A DNA stretch of 64,000 nucleotides. Source: Schizochytrium sp. TIO01 (Eukaryota > Protista > Bigyra: Labyrinthulomycetes). Below are positions 23,976-36,746 of this stretch, piece after piece (within the stretch, counting starts at the first letter, position 1; the number at the start of each line of letters is the position of its first letter). The stretch spans positions 1,798,001-1,862,000 of the forward strand of contig SMSO01000032.1 of assembly GCA_004764695.1 (NCBI GenBank). Direction: 5' to 3'. The position numbers were made by a program, and so were the translations under genes. The notes beneath the pieces were generated by a model, which saw only the letters and a list, made by a program, of their open reading frames with translations, made no database searches and had not been told where the DNA came from.

Positions 23976-26900
23976 AGTGAAACTCCCTCCTCCATGCAAA
24001 TACTTTATGCTGGTCATTTGTTAGAATCATGATTTTCATTCCCTATCTTGAAATAATCTCAAACAAAATAACATGAAACTCAAAGGTTTATATTTACTAT
24101 TCCATAAACACTCTCAAACAGCGCTCTTCTCGACAGGAGAAAAACCTGGATTCATACTATCAATCCGCTTCCGCCCTTCAATCGAGCCCTCATGGAAGAT
24201 ACTACCGCTACTGTTACGGCTTGTGATCGACCCACTATGGGTAGAATCAACTTGTGCGCGGCGGCGTCGATAGATCACGAACGCTGCTGCTGCAATAATC
24301 AAAGCCACGACAATACATGACACTGTTGCAGCAATGACCGTCGTTGTTGATTTTTGACTAGACGACCCAGTTTGATATTGAGGAGTTGATAGATAACTTA
24401 CAGATGGCAGCATGTTGCTTCGCGCCTGATCTGCATATTCCTGGAAGTAATCCACATTCACTATTAGGCTTGCATCTGGCAAAACCTTTGTCCCATAAAC
24501 TTCCGGATAGAATTTCGGAAGCTTGACTAAGGCTGAAGCCTTTTCAGCCACATTTCCGTATAAATCTACAATCTCGTTCAAAGCAACACGAACAATCTGT
24601 TCGCTCCATTTTTCGGCTGCCGAAGCTGAGTTCACGTGAGCAGTCCATACATAAACATCATATAACGTTGTACTAACAGTGAAAGACGACTCCAATTCCA
24701 TTGTTTGATTGATGTTTGTCACATTAACCCCTCTAACCGACATCCAAAAATCGATAGGCTCGTCAAACCGAAAAGTCACAATTGGAAAAGCACTAAGATT
24801 TGTCAAAAGATTGCTATTGGGGGCCCAGCCTACGAGTTTGGGACCTTCATTATCAAAAACACCAACACGAGGATCAGAACGGACCCACAGTCTCTCCGAA
24901 GCTCAAGAAAATATGTTCTACCGCTGACCAGACCACTCGTTGCAGCTGTGAACGCATAGGACGTACCAGAGAATTTTCCTATCTTAGAGTAGTCCGCTTC
25001 TTCTGGTGTACCCGAGCTGGGAACGTAAGGAGCTGCCCAGAGCGAAACGTCTGCAACTGACGACTCCAAGTCCAATGTCGGATCAGATGATGTCGCCTGC
25101 CACGTTGCGTTGCTCCGTGCAAGGTCTCCTGCCCACTTGGCTTTGGAGCACGAGTCTGCCCAATTCAGAGTAAACGTAAGCGAGTCTGAGATAGTGCTGT
25201 CACAACTTGATGTCACAGTGACTGTTGCCATGGTCGAAAGCAATTTGCTGCTGAGTCGTTCATATTGCACAACGACCAGCTGTCGTCCAGCGGATGTTGC
25301 TTCCGACTTGGACACCGACAGATCAAGGTTAGAGTTCACAGTTGCACCGGCTATTGAATACGCAGTATATCCGGTGATGCTATCAATGTCCATGGAGACA
25401 GTAAGGTCGAGCTCTAAGTCGTCGTCGTCCATCGGCGTTAGGTTGATGTAGAATGAAAAGGAGCCTTTATCCGAGGTCAGAGTGCTAGCCAATGTCTCGT
25501 TGTCGTTTTCTTCAAGGTAGAACTGTTCAATGGCATCTGTGCCAGGCACATGAGGACAGCGTGTTTGTCCACCACAAACTTTGTAAACAAATGAGCCACA
25601 GAACGGAGATTGAAATATCTCTAGACAGAGTTCGTTCCCTTCAATAGACGTCAAGGTAGCTGTGATTGTGTTTTCATCACCAGAGGTTGCATATGTGGTA
25701 TCATCCACCGAAGTTGTCTGCGTGTATGTCTGAGACGTCTCGGATGATGTTGCAAGCGAGAATAGCTCCTCAAGAAATGCAACACTTTCTTCACTAAGGC
25801 TGGATGTTGTCGTCGCATCACTTGTTGCAAAAGCTAGAAAGTCCACGAGATTTTGAGTCGTGTTTATAGCATCTTGTTCAAATGTTATCGTCCCCAAAGC
25901 ACCCGAGAGTGTAAGCATGTTGGTATCTGTAGCATAGTTATCCGTAGCACCTGAAATGCTTGCAGTGATGTTGATAGGGAAGTTCTGTGCGTATGTCTTG
26001 TCATCATCCCAATGTCTGAAGAGATCGAGCCACTTGTTTCGTTGCTCTATCGCATCGGTGACAAGACTTTGCATGTCTGAATCATCCTTGTATAAGGCAA
26101 TTGTATCCTTGATAGTTTGCAAGGAATCTTCACATTCTGAGCGAGTCGAAATGATAAGTGATGTAGCCTTGCTCTCCCAACCGATATCAGAAACCGATGA
26201 CACTCGACATGCTTGGTCATGGTAAGTGAGGGTCTTTGTCACAGAGAGGTTTGCTGTAGTGCCCATATACAAAACAATGTCTTCTCCTGCAGTCTCTTGG
26301 GAGAATGTGTATGTTGTAGTTGTTGTTACAACTGAATCTTCTTTGCTGGTGGTATTGGTTGTAATTTCAGTCTCACCAGAGGTTGAACTATAAGAAGCGC
26401 TGCCGCTGATTTTGCCAGAAACGCTGCCTCCTAAGCCAGCACTGATAGTAGTTGACGATGAAGTCTCATCGCTATCCACAGATTCGCGATATACACGAGA
26501 CTCAATTGTAAACGGCCTCGTAAAGACAGCAGTTGTTTTCGAAGCTAATGAACCCTCAGAGTCGTAGATGACTGGAGGCGCATAGAGATAATATAGAGGT
26601 ACTGCACTTGCAAAGTTGATTAGATTTGAGCCACTCATAGCACGTTTTCCCATTACAAGGATCTCGAGCTCCGCCGAAGGGCGAGCCGTGATTCCTGAAG
26701 GCCAATAAGTGTCATGGTATAGCATAAAGGTGACCGAACGCACGAACTGGTCCAAATCCTCGTATTCGATATTGACAGTCTCGGTGAGATTAGTGCCGCT
26801 AGGGTTGGTGGGCTCACCAACATAAATCGAGACATCAGCTACAGATTCTTCATCGCTGGCAGTACTAATGTTGTAATAGCATGGATCTGTTGCTTCACAG

Positions 26901-29865
26901 ACGTTGTCATCCTCTGGAGCCAGCTCACTATTAACAAGAATCGTGGATTCACTTGGCAAAACAAAGCAAACTCGAGATGTCCCAGTAGTATCAACAAAGG
27001 TTTGGTTAAAGTATATCTGCACTTCGATGTCGGCGCCCCCCGAGACGATATATTGGAAAGGCAGTGCACCTTGAGAACATGAAGAAAACGGAACGATACT
27101 AGTGGCGACCAACTCGGCTGTGAGAGCTGGATCTGGTTGATAGATCATATCTACCATGGCATCAGAGTCCGTCATATCCAAAGCACGACTTGAGGAGCTT
27201 GGAAACTGAAGTTCATAATTTGTTTTGATATCTGCATTTGATGAGTAGAATTCGAGGTCAAATGTGTACTCTGCTGAAGGTATATCCCAGGAAGCCTCCA
27301 AGCCTGAAGTTGAGCGATACAAGACAATGCCAGGACACGCATGGACAGTGAGCGACATATTGACGTCGCCAATAGAGTACTCACACATCGTGGCAGCTGT
27401 ATACAGTGTGAGTTTGGACGTTCTTGTATATTCAATCTCAAGGCCTGTTAGGCTAGATGTCATGACAAGACCAGAGCTGCCAAGCAATGCACTTACTTGC
27501 GCATCGGCAGTACTAGAGACCGTCAGAGATTCTTGATTTGCTCCAAACAGCAGTTGGACAGTAGTGTTGGAAACTTCAACTGTAAAGCTTCCATCTGAGT
27601 CTGTGGTGGTGCTTTCAAGCACGGTTGGTGGGTCTGCTGTCAAATCTACTGCAGAAATTAAGACATTTGGAGCAGCACAAGAAGATGAACCACTAAAACT
27701 TGTTGTGAGCGTTCCTCCAAGATTGATAACGTTGATATCGATGAGTGAGAGCGTGTAGTATTTGAGGTTCTGAAGAGACAGGGTCTGAGGAAAGCTCAGG
27801 TACGTGGAAGGGCACGTAGAGGACCCAAGTGGACACATTCTCACATCATATGTTGTATCAGTTTTATTTGCGCCCAAGATTGTAACACTCGATGTCAAGC
27901 TAGTGGTTGATGCATCTGTGAGTGTCAGATCTAGATTGCCATTCTCATCTGTGGTAGCTGTATATACCGTCTCATCATCCGAGCCAAGCTTATAGTACAC
28001 ATTCACCCCGCTGCGTCCATGGCTGCTTCCACGGGCCCGAACTGTGATGTTGAGCTGACTCATGAAGAGGACTTTCATTGACTGCGAAGACACGTCAATC
28101 GATATGGGGTCATTCTTCAGAGTTGTAGAGGTTCCGAACCAGTCGTCAGGGTCAAACCAAGCAGAATCACTGTTCCATAGCATCTGCCAGTTGGCAAGAT
28201 AGACTTTGTCACCAATGCTTACGGTGTTGGGCGCTGTGGCAGTTATCCAAGTCGTCCATGTACTGCTATTACTGCAATCCCAGTCAAAGTTGTAGATGGT
28301 CATGGAGTATTCATTACTTGGGAAGACAAGGCTACCGTTGAAGTAGTTGATAAGCTCTTGAGAGATGCTATGAGTGACGGCTATTTGGAACGCTAGGTCT
28401 CCGTATCCGTCGCTTCCGACATTCACAAGTACTTGGCGCATCTCTAATTCATTAATCGAATATGTGTGGCTTTCGAAAAACTCTTGGGGATCTTGAAATG
28501 ACATGGCAAGAAGATTCTTTCCTAAAGTCGAACTTTCACAGACCTTGTGCTGGCATCCGACGCCACTTCTATCTGCGGAACACGAAATGCTCGAGTTATT
28601 TTCGTCGTATGCTGGTGCACTGACAGTGCTTACATTTCCGCAGAAGGTGTTTGCCGCACAAGCTTGCACTTCTCCATTTGGACAAGAATATCCCTTGGGA
28701 CAAACAATGCATGCGTCTTCATACGACGACTGGTCTGCGGCTGATGCAGGTATGTAAAATCCTTGATAACATGTTGGACAAGAGCGAGCGCCAGTGATAT
28801 AGTTTGATGTACTAGCGGTGTAGCTGCCGAAAGCACTGTACGTATAAAATATACAAGTGTTTGTGTCCGAGTTCCAAACCCATATTGCACAACTTTCAAG
28901 AGCTTGGCAAGCTCGTCGACACGAATGAGGGTTTTCTTCATCTGTAGATGATATCAAGTTACTCCCAGTATCGATATACTGATTTGCGATCATACAACCT
29001 TGAGCACTTTGTAGACTTGCTGCATTCGGTCCAACCGTTGTGTCTCCGTTATCTTTGTTGCAATGCATATTCTGAGAAATTAGGTAGCGATCGGAATCTG
29101 TCACGGCTCGAGTGGACTGTATGCGAACTCTGTTGTAGAGGCTACAAGTATTGCTGGCTGAGTCGAAGGTCCAAGAAAGGCAGATATCGTAACTTGCGGT
29201 AGGGGTTCCGGTGTAAGTACAGATGGCGGGAGATAAGACTCTTTTGACATCATAAGAATGGAGAAATTTCGTTATCGTTGTTGTGGCAGGAACGTAGGTC
29301 GGAGATGGTGTTAGGCTCAAAGAACTGGATACATCAGTCCAAACTGTGTAGGTATGATATTTTAGACTACCCCCGGTTGTTATTGTTTCCTTTGCTGCTG
29401 TGGTATATGCTGTTGTGAAACAGGGAGACGTATAAAGGGTGGGTCGTTCTTCTGGTGATGTATCTACTGTGAAGGTATCAGCGCAAGTTGCAGTAGTTGA
29501 GCTTGAACAAGGGTTTATGTTATTATACAAAAAACCTCGTTTGTACGAGTTCCGCCATCGTGTTAAACATGTTGTGCGACAAGCAGATGCGGATGTGGTA
29601 GAAATGGTTTGCTCTGTAGCATCGCCAAGGTCAATCTGCCCAACATTGGTGCAGCCAACGATATCTGCCAAAATGATTTTAATGTTTTGGTGAGAAATAC
29701 CACTGATTGCAAGACACACCTCAAACAAATAGCTTTGTAGGTATAGAAGCCCAACAAACAGAAAAGAATATTGCATGGTAACCCTATATGATTGATTGCC
29801 TATCAGCGCTAAATGCCAATTATAGCTACAAAAAGAATGGCAAGTTCAGGTTTTGCTGGAGACAT
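23976..29865 (-). repeat. Right arm of the inverted duplication
   Basis: Near-identical reverse complement of 1..5880. Inner boundary at agtgaaactc (23976-23985). The outer boundary cannot be set because the partner arm leaves the window. Confidence 0.95.
24114..29776 (-). CDS. Paralog (copy B) of the giant PAN-domain membrane protein, with a 1-bp frameshift at ~24881
   Basis: ORFs 24830..29776 and 24114..24806 together match copy A end to end. Copy A reads GGGTCCCGTTCT and copy B reads GGGTCCGTTCT (one C missing), which splits the frame. Confidence 0.85.
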
Positions 29866-31341
29866 CCATACTTGTAAATGTGTCAACCAAACCTTCATGA
29901 CTAGGCCAAATTATTGAGCGAGGGAATCTGTCTAGAAAACATCATTCTTCTATAAAAATTCATGTTTTCTATTTTTATTTTAAAGAGGAAGTAATATATA
30001 CTATTATAGATTGAGCGAGTGTAAAGGAGTCTTATGAAATATTATCAATAATGATTGTTTAATTATATTCTTATTTTAAAAATAAATTATCTTAGTTTTA
30101 GCCAAAACATATTCAATTTTTTTTAAATAGTTTTTTTCTTAATGTTTCATATAATCAAGAATTGAAAAGTAGGCAAAAAACCCTGAATAAGATAATAAAA
30201 CAATAAGATCTATATTTGCACTTGATAATATATTCTCACTTTATGAACGTAGACTCGAATTATATGAGCATGAGTATTGTCAACAATCTCGATAATCATT
30301 TTTAATTTTTAATTTAAAATATTAACTTTAGTGTTTCCCTTATACTATGTAGAGTAAGGCCTCTGTTGTGACAAACCTCGATGAGTGTGAAATGTGCACG
30401 CCCATCTTGCAAAGTCTCGGGCGTGCGCTGCGATATGGACGGCTCTCCTTTTGTGCATGTTCCATAACACTGTCCTTTCAGTTGAAATTCAGTGTGCTCT
30501 AGCTTTAAAAAAATTCCAATGCCTCACGCGCCCAGAAATCAACATTCAAAAAGCTTGTTTTCTGCGCGTGCAAATGTGTGCTTTTGGAACCATTAGTAAG
30601 ATCGCACCAATAAATATAACTTCTGATTCTGCTTTTACGAACCTTTAATTTTTTTTAATTTGGATTATTACAAAATAGTAGGTACCAGCTTCCCTTAGCC
30701 TTAGATGGAACTCTAGGAGGTAACAAGTTAAAATCTTCTAGCTTAGGCGAAAGCTCATGGCAAAACAAATGACCAATTACCGAGCTGATTGTTTTTTGGT
30801 TTTTTGTTTTTTTTTTTAAATTGCAACTTTGGTCTTCAAGTTAGAAAAAAAAATACAGGTCAAATAGTCAAAGGACTATAACTGCCGCCAAATATAAAAT
30901 GAAGCGTCAATACTCTAGGTATGGCCGCAATTAGTGACTTTTATCTTAATTATTTGCGCAAGGACAAAAATAATTGTGTATTAATTATAATGTTTTCCAA
31001 CTTCAAGTTGAGAATATACTCGGTGGTGGATTGTCTACAGTCAATTGCTACTAGTACCTAACTACTACCAGAGAAAGTACGGAAATTCAAAGGAATACAC
31101 TATAGAGGTTGGCCACGAACATGCAATTGAAGCAGCATAGGCAACATACAAGCATAGAAGAGTAAATAATTTGCACGTAGCCTCAAGGACTTATGGTATG
31201 CAGCAGATTCTAGAGGGTACGTTACAGTCTAAATTGAAGAGGGCGTTGCCCAAAGTAAAGGCAGTTAGCAATACTTCAAAGGTCCAACGATGTCTTAGCA
31301 TACCATAAGCCCCTAACAGTAGATAGGACAAAAGTTAGACT

Positions 31342-31365
31342 GTTTTGTTTTGTTTTGTTTTGTTT
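31342..31365. repeat. (GTTTT)n microsatellite
   Basis: Tandem gtttt units. Confidence 0.75.
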
Positions 31366-32115
31366 GTGTGAAAGAGGGAAAATTTTTATATTTCAGGAAT
31401 AGGTTGATGATTGAGCTCATTCCCATTCTAAATTTGGGGGCTGAAGTTTAGAGTGATTCATTATACTTAAGTTCAAGAACTCAAACACCAGAACATTTGA
31501 GCAATATATGGAAGCACGCCTCCACGAGGCAATGAAAACCTTTCAACACCATGGCCGTGGTTCTATTTCCGAATTCGCTAGACCATGATTGATAATTGCA
31601 GCAATATAACTTATCACCCACTACGTCACTCAAATAAGAGAAACGAAGACCCCCCCCCCCCCAAAAAAAAGAATGGAAAGGGTCGGCCCGGAATAATTGT
31701 TTGAGAGAAAAATAGAGCAACACTTCTAAAGCTCGTAGTCCAGGTGTTCAAGTAAGTTGAGCGCACCGCTACTTATTTAGAGCGCTATAAAGTAAATTGT
31801 GGACCATTCTTCACTCAGAGCTAGCCTTTGCAGGGTAAGGGGAAATATTGTGTAACAGATTGATGATTTGTTATCTCTCTTTCAACACTTCAGTACTCCT
31901 ACGAATTGGGACTGTCGACCTTGAAAGAAATTAAGATCTGTAAGGATTAGGTTCTGGACAAACCAAGTTCTATTTCATTTGGCGTCTCTCTGGCTGCTTT
32001 TTACAAGATGAACAACCAGTTCTTCTTTTTCTTTCTTGAAAACGAAAAGGAAAAGCCAAACAAAACAAAAAAGATGAAACAGAAGCAAGAAGTGAACAGG
32101 ATTAAAAATGTGTTT

Positions 32116-33355
32116 TTACTGCATGGCGCCGGCCTTGAGGACATCAATCATGTCGTAAATCTTCTTATCTGATTCCTCGTTGATGCGAGCAGCAAGGAAC
32201 TTTACGGCATCAACCACACCCTCTGCGTAGGTGCGACGACCGCATACATTGTGCTTGAACTCAAAAATGACAGAACCATCCTCACTCGTGAGCTTGTACG
32301 TGTGCCAGGCATGGCCATCAAGAGCCTCCTTAGGAACACCAAAGGCAACCTGCGCGTCAGCCTCACGAATCTTTTCGATGCTCTCTTCGTCAAAAGGTTC
32401 GCCGGTGCGAAGCTTGTTAAGGTAGTTGACCATAGCCTTTGCTGTACCAGAGGTATCAGCCTTCGTGCTCTGGTGAGACTCAACAATTGAGAGACCATAG
32501 CCACCAAAGGCCCCAGGGTAGGTAGAGGCCATCGTCTCCATCATAGCTTGGAAGGCCACAATTTGCTTGCACATGTTCGGGGCGATCAAAGCAAAGAGGC
32601 CACTGTCCTGGACACACTTCATGAGAGCATCACGGTCTCCACCAGTGGTTCCCATAACAAAAGGAAGTCCAAGCTTTACATAAAGCTCAGCGTTGCTGTT
32701 CACGGCTGTCGGGTGAGTAAAGTCAATAGCAATGACAATTTTGCCTTCCTCGCGGCCCTTGGCAATGACGGCAGCAAGCTCCTTCTCAGTTTCTTCACTA
32801 GGCTGCAGAAGCTTGATCGTAGCTGATGAATCACAAAAAGATTAGCAATGGGCTCACCATGGTTAGGATAATCCTGACACTCAAATATTTCAACCAAGGA
32901 TGCAGTACTATTAAAAACTCGATTCCGAGTGATTTCACATAGATCAGCAATTCCTCATGCATATCCAATTTATGGACTTACCAGTGGCCCCATCATCCTT
33001 TTCGATGGTGGCTTCCTCGGGCATTCCTTTGCCAGTCAAGGCAACCTCTGCTACATCAACACCACGGCGGTAGCAAGCTTGGGCGATCTTTTGCATAAAT
33101 TCGGTTTCCATTCAGATATATCCTCCACTGTTAGCATTTTATACGTTATCTAAGAGAGCAATCTAATTCTCACGAAATCATGCCTAGTATAAACCTTCTC
33201 ACGCTTATGACGGACGGCCTGCTTAGCAGGCTCGGCACTGCCGGGGGGCTTCACGCTTTCAGCCTCGCATTTTCACTTACCTCCTTACCCATGTTGCCAG
33301 GAAGGCCACAGATGATGACCTGCACCGACGACTTCATTCTCTTAGCCTCCGACAT
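32116..33355 (-). CDS. dapB: 4-hydroxy-tetrahydrodipicolinate reductase, plant/protist-type, 3 exons (33355-33281, 33087-32982, 32822-32116)
   Basis: Spliced product has ICGLPGNMG (Rossmann motif), IDFTHPTAVNSNA, PFVMGTTGGD, IAPNM, ESHQSTKADTSGTA, HNVCGRRTYAEG. Canonical gtaagt..ag introns are in phase. Confidence 0.92.
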
Positions 33356-34305
33356 CTTCTTTCTTCAACGCCTCGAGTCCTTTGACTTGACCTCAGTCCT
33401 TGTTGATCTCAATCTAGTTTTGCTCTCGCTTCGACTCGTCCATTCGCTCCTCATCCTTTCTCCGCTTCTATCAAGATAAAAACTTAAAAACTTAAAGTCC
33501 ATTATAGACTAAGGTAGAAACCAGGTATGTAATACTTATAGGAGATGCAACTAGTTAGTGGTTAGTGCCCTCTTACTCCTATCAGCAGCACCTCAAAAAC
33601 TTTGCTACTTCTAATTCTACAAGTATTTCAGTATCTAGGTAGCTAAGCTCTCTTCAGGCTCGCTTGGTACATTCACAATCTTAGAAGAGGGTTTCTCCAC
33701 GTTTCACGCGCGAGAGTCTGGCTGCTCATGTGTCTTAAGTAAAAGTGTATAACATCACCTCCATTGCGGCCTGTATCTTTACCCTTTGCAATGATTTCTG
33801 GTTTCAAGAAGTTGAACTGCAGGTTTTTGCCATCTTCGTGGTTTCTCTGTTTCCATCGCGTTCTTCTCTTCTTGTTCTTTCCATTCCCCTCATGTTCTTC
33901 GCTTGCACAACTGCTATTATTTTGGATAGTGGTACGCATGGACTAGGGCATCTATGTGAAAAGCTAGCAATGAGCTTGTTCCTGTTCTCCAATATGCGTG
34001 AAGGAGTATTAGAGCTAGCTACTAGGCTCTTACCTTCTAACAGGTGTGGTGTCTTAGCTTAGGGCAATGTCCAGAATTAGAATAAAAGACAGGAAAGCGT
34101 ATTGTATTTTTGAGGAGAGAAAGAACGGGTTGAAGAACGAATGTGGGCGAAAGTAAACGTATTCTGCTATTATAGTATTGATTCAAATTTAATACTATAG
34201 ATGAATAAGGCAAGGAAAACAAGAGAGGAAAGCTACACAAGAAGGCAGAAGGATAAAGAAGGAGCAGTGAAGGTAACTTAGGTGCCCTTCTGCGCTATCG
34301 CAACG

Positions 34306-35088
34306 ATGCCGAGCGCAGCGGGCCTGATCGTATGGGCAGGCATGCTTCTTGTATTCCATGCCGCTTTCTCGGCCGTGCATTGTACGTTGGTGTAGACTTC
34401 GCGTCGCTTGGCCTGATGGTGAACAGCTGTCACTTTTTCTGCCTAACTTAAACTTTCCAAGTCAAGAATGGCGAACTTTTCTTGCTGCAAGAATGTGCAA
34501 CACAATGGAGTAAATTGACTGACAACGAACATGCAAAATCCCCGACATGGTGGCGCGACAAACAATTTTCGAAATGACCTCCTTGGAATGCCGTGGAACT
34601 AATGAATATTTATGATGATGATGAACTCCAAAAATTATGATATAATTACCATTGACGGACCTTTGGGGGCTCCTGCTAAATCTGCCTTAAACAACACAGA
34701 CAAAGACCTCACCACACTGGCAGGTATCGAGCTCCCGGCTGGTGAGCTTGTCCCTTTTGATGTAATTGTGGAGACCCTCCTCGGCGTCATCATCGCAACT
34801 CTTGGCGCAATGATGAATGCTGGCAAAATGCTTCCGATTGACGGCTCCGTCTTGTATAACAAAGTGTACGTTTAGAAGAGAAACAACGAGAGCATGTGCT
34901 TAGGATGTATATTGCGTGGGATTACGCCGTATTAGAGAATGAGAAACTGACTTTTTAGAAATGTATGTTTGCGCTGCACAACTAACTTAATGACTGCACG
35001 TAGACGTTACGAGGACTGGTGGGACTCCGCAAACTTTAGAACGTACAATCACCGTTCTAAATGGCTCCAGGAGAGGCTCGCGAAGTAG
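34306..35088 (+). CDS. EMC5: ER membrane protein complex subunit 5 / MMGT1, 3 exons (34306-34381, 34700-34865, 35004-35088)
   Basis: Spliced product: MPSAAGLIVWAGMLLVFHAAFSAVHY...VPFDVIVETLLGVII...NFRTYNHRSK. HAAFS, P.D...ETL.G and F..(F/Y)NHR are MMgT-family signatures. Confidence 0.85.
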
Positions 35089-35170
35089 ATTTTTACTGTT
35101 GTGAGCATATATTTTCTTTTCAGTAATCGAAACAAAAATAATATATACCTTTTGAAATTGACAGTTAACC

Positions 35171-35997
35171 TCATCTATGTAATGATGAGAAGTAGTGGGA
35201 CTCCAGTAATGTGAGTGACCTGGCAACGTCATCTTGTAATGCCTCCAGCTTCATATTTGCAGTAGCCTCCTCTTGCTCAAACTTTGCATTGTGCTCATCG
35301 ACCTGGCGGTTAAGCCCCTCTAGGTTGGACGTTAGCACCGCCAGCTTGAGTTCTGTAATCATCTTAAGTAAACCTTGTGCCTCGCTAACCTGTTTTAGCG
35401 CTTCCACAATTCATTAGAAATTGTCAGATATCTCTGTTCTCGAAGGAGCACAAACAATGATTAAGTAATAGCAATGCAGAACCTGCCGCGCCATCTAGGG
35501 CAACTTGAGAGGAACTTACAATTGATGCAGCATTTGTGGTAAGCTGTAGCCTTTCCCGTTCTGCAGAGTCCCGGCCCTGAACCTGTATTGTATCAAGAAT
35601 ATGCCAAAACCGCGTGCCTCTTTTCAGAGTCAGTTGAACTATTTCTTAGGCGCTTCTCACCTTGCGCTTTCTTCAGAATCTTGAAGATTAGCCTGACAAT
35701 CAATGATGCCATTGTTCTTTAGACGAATAAATAAATAACCAAGGTCATTCATAGACAAAGTTTCCCGTCCTTCCTTTATAGGATTGAAAAGTCTACAATG
35801 CTCCTGCCCTACACTTGAATGCTTTACGGCATATATACTCAGACCTATCTCTTGCGGTGCCCACAAGTATTAGAACGTCACGATGCACGTACCTTAGTGC
35901 TGGAGAGAATGCGCATGTAGCTCTCCATGATGGTGTCCAGTGAGTCCTTGAGCTTCTGTGCAAACGCCTGGTGCGGCGAGTAACCTCCGTCTGCCAT
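35171..35997 (-). CDS. MED22: Mediator subunit 22, 3 exons (35997-35893, 35582-35520, 35389-35171)
   Basis: Spliced product: ..QKLKDSLDTIMESYMRILSSTKV..LQLTTNAASIVSEAQGLLKMITELKLAVL..LN.. follows the Med22/Srb6 pattern. All introns are phase 0 and GT-AG. Confidence 0.75.
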
Positions 35998-36746
35998 GAT
36001 GATTACTTTCGGGAGTCTGTCTCCACGACCGAACCCCACTCTACTTTGTGGTCTCCTCCGGCGAAAGCTGCCGCTGCTGATGCTGGTGTTGCTTCCGTGC
36101 TTCAAGGAGCGACAAAGAAGAAATCATATCAGTACTATATTCGGTAGATAGATTGTATGCCTGACTAGGCGCTTTCTTTGGCTTGATCCTTCATTCTCGC
36201 CATTGCTATTAAACCGTATATCTACAAATCAAGAGTAAGAGCTTTAGCATGTAGTATAGCTGCTTTTTGCAAGTTAGGAATATGATCATAACTCACTCGG
36301 ACTCTTATCTATCCACAGTATTTTCTTGAGGTGAGAGATCAATTATGATTGTGATCCGATTTGATTCGCTTTCGTCACTACTGAAGAAGTGAATATCTAT
36401 GCGTGGAAATATATATGTTGAGATGCCGAAAAAAGGCTGAATGGGGATTCTGCTGTTCGGTGAGAAGGTTAGTTGTGAGAGCGACCTCGATGAGCGAGAT
36501 TCTATTCATGCGAATGATAGCAAAATACCCTTCGAAAGCTTCAGAGTCGACGATCCTCCCTGTTTTATTTCTAGTTTTATATATATATCATATATATAAA
36601 TTTTATTTTTTTCTCTATTCTAATTATAGTAATAGTTTATTTATGTAGGATAGTACTAGCAGATTGCTCATCATCAGTACCTAACAGCTGTATAAGATAG
36701 AGCAGACCTTGATCGGGACGCCCTTTGGCTCCGTCGTAGCGCGAAG

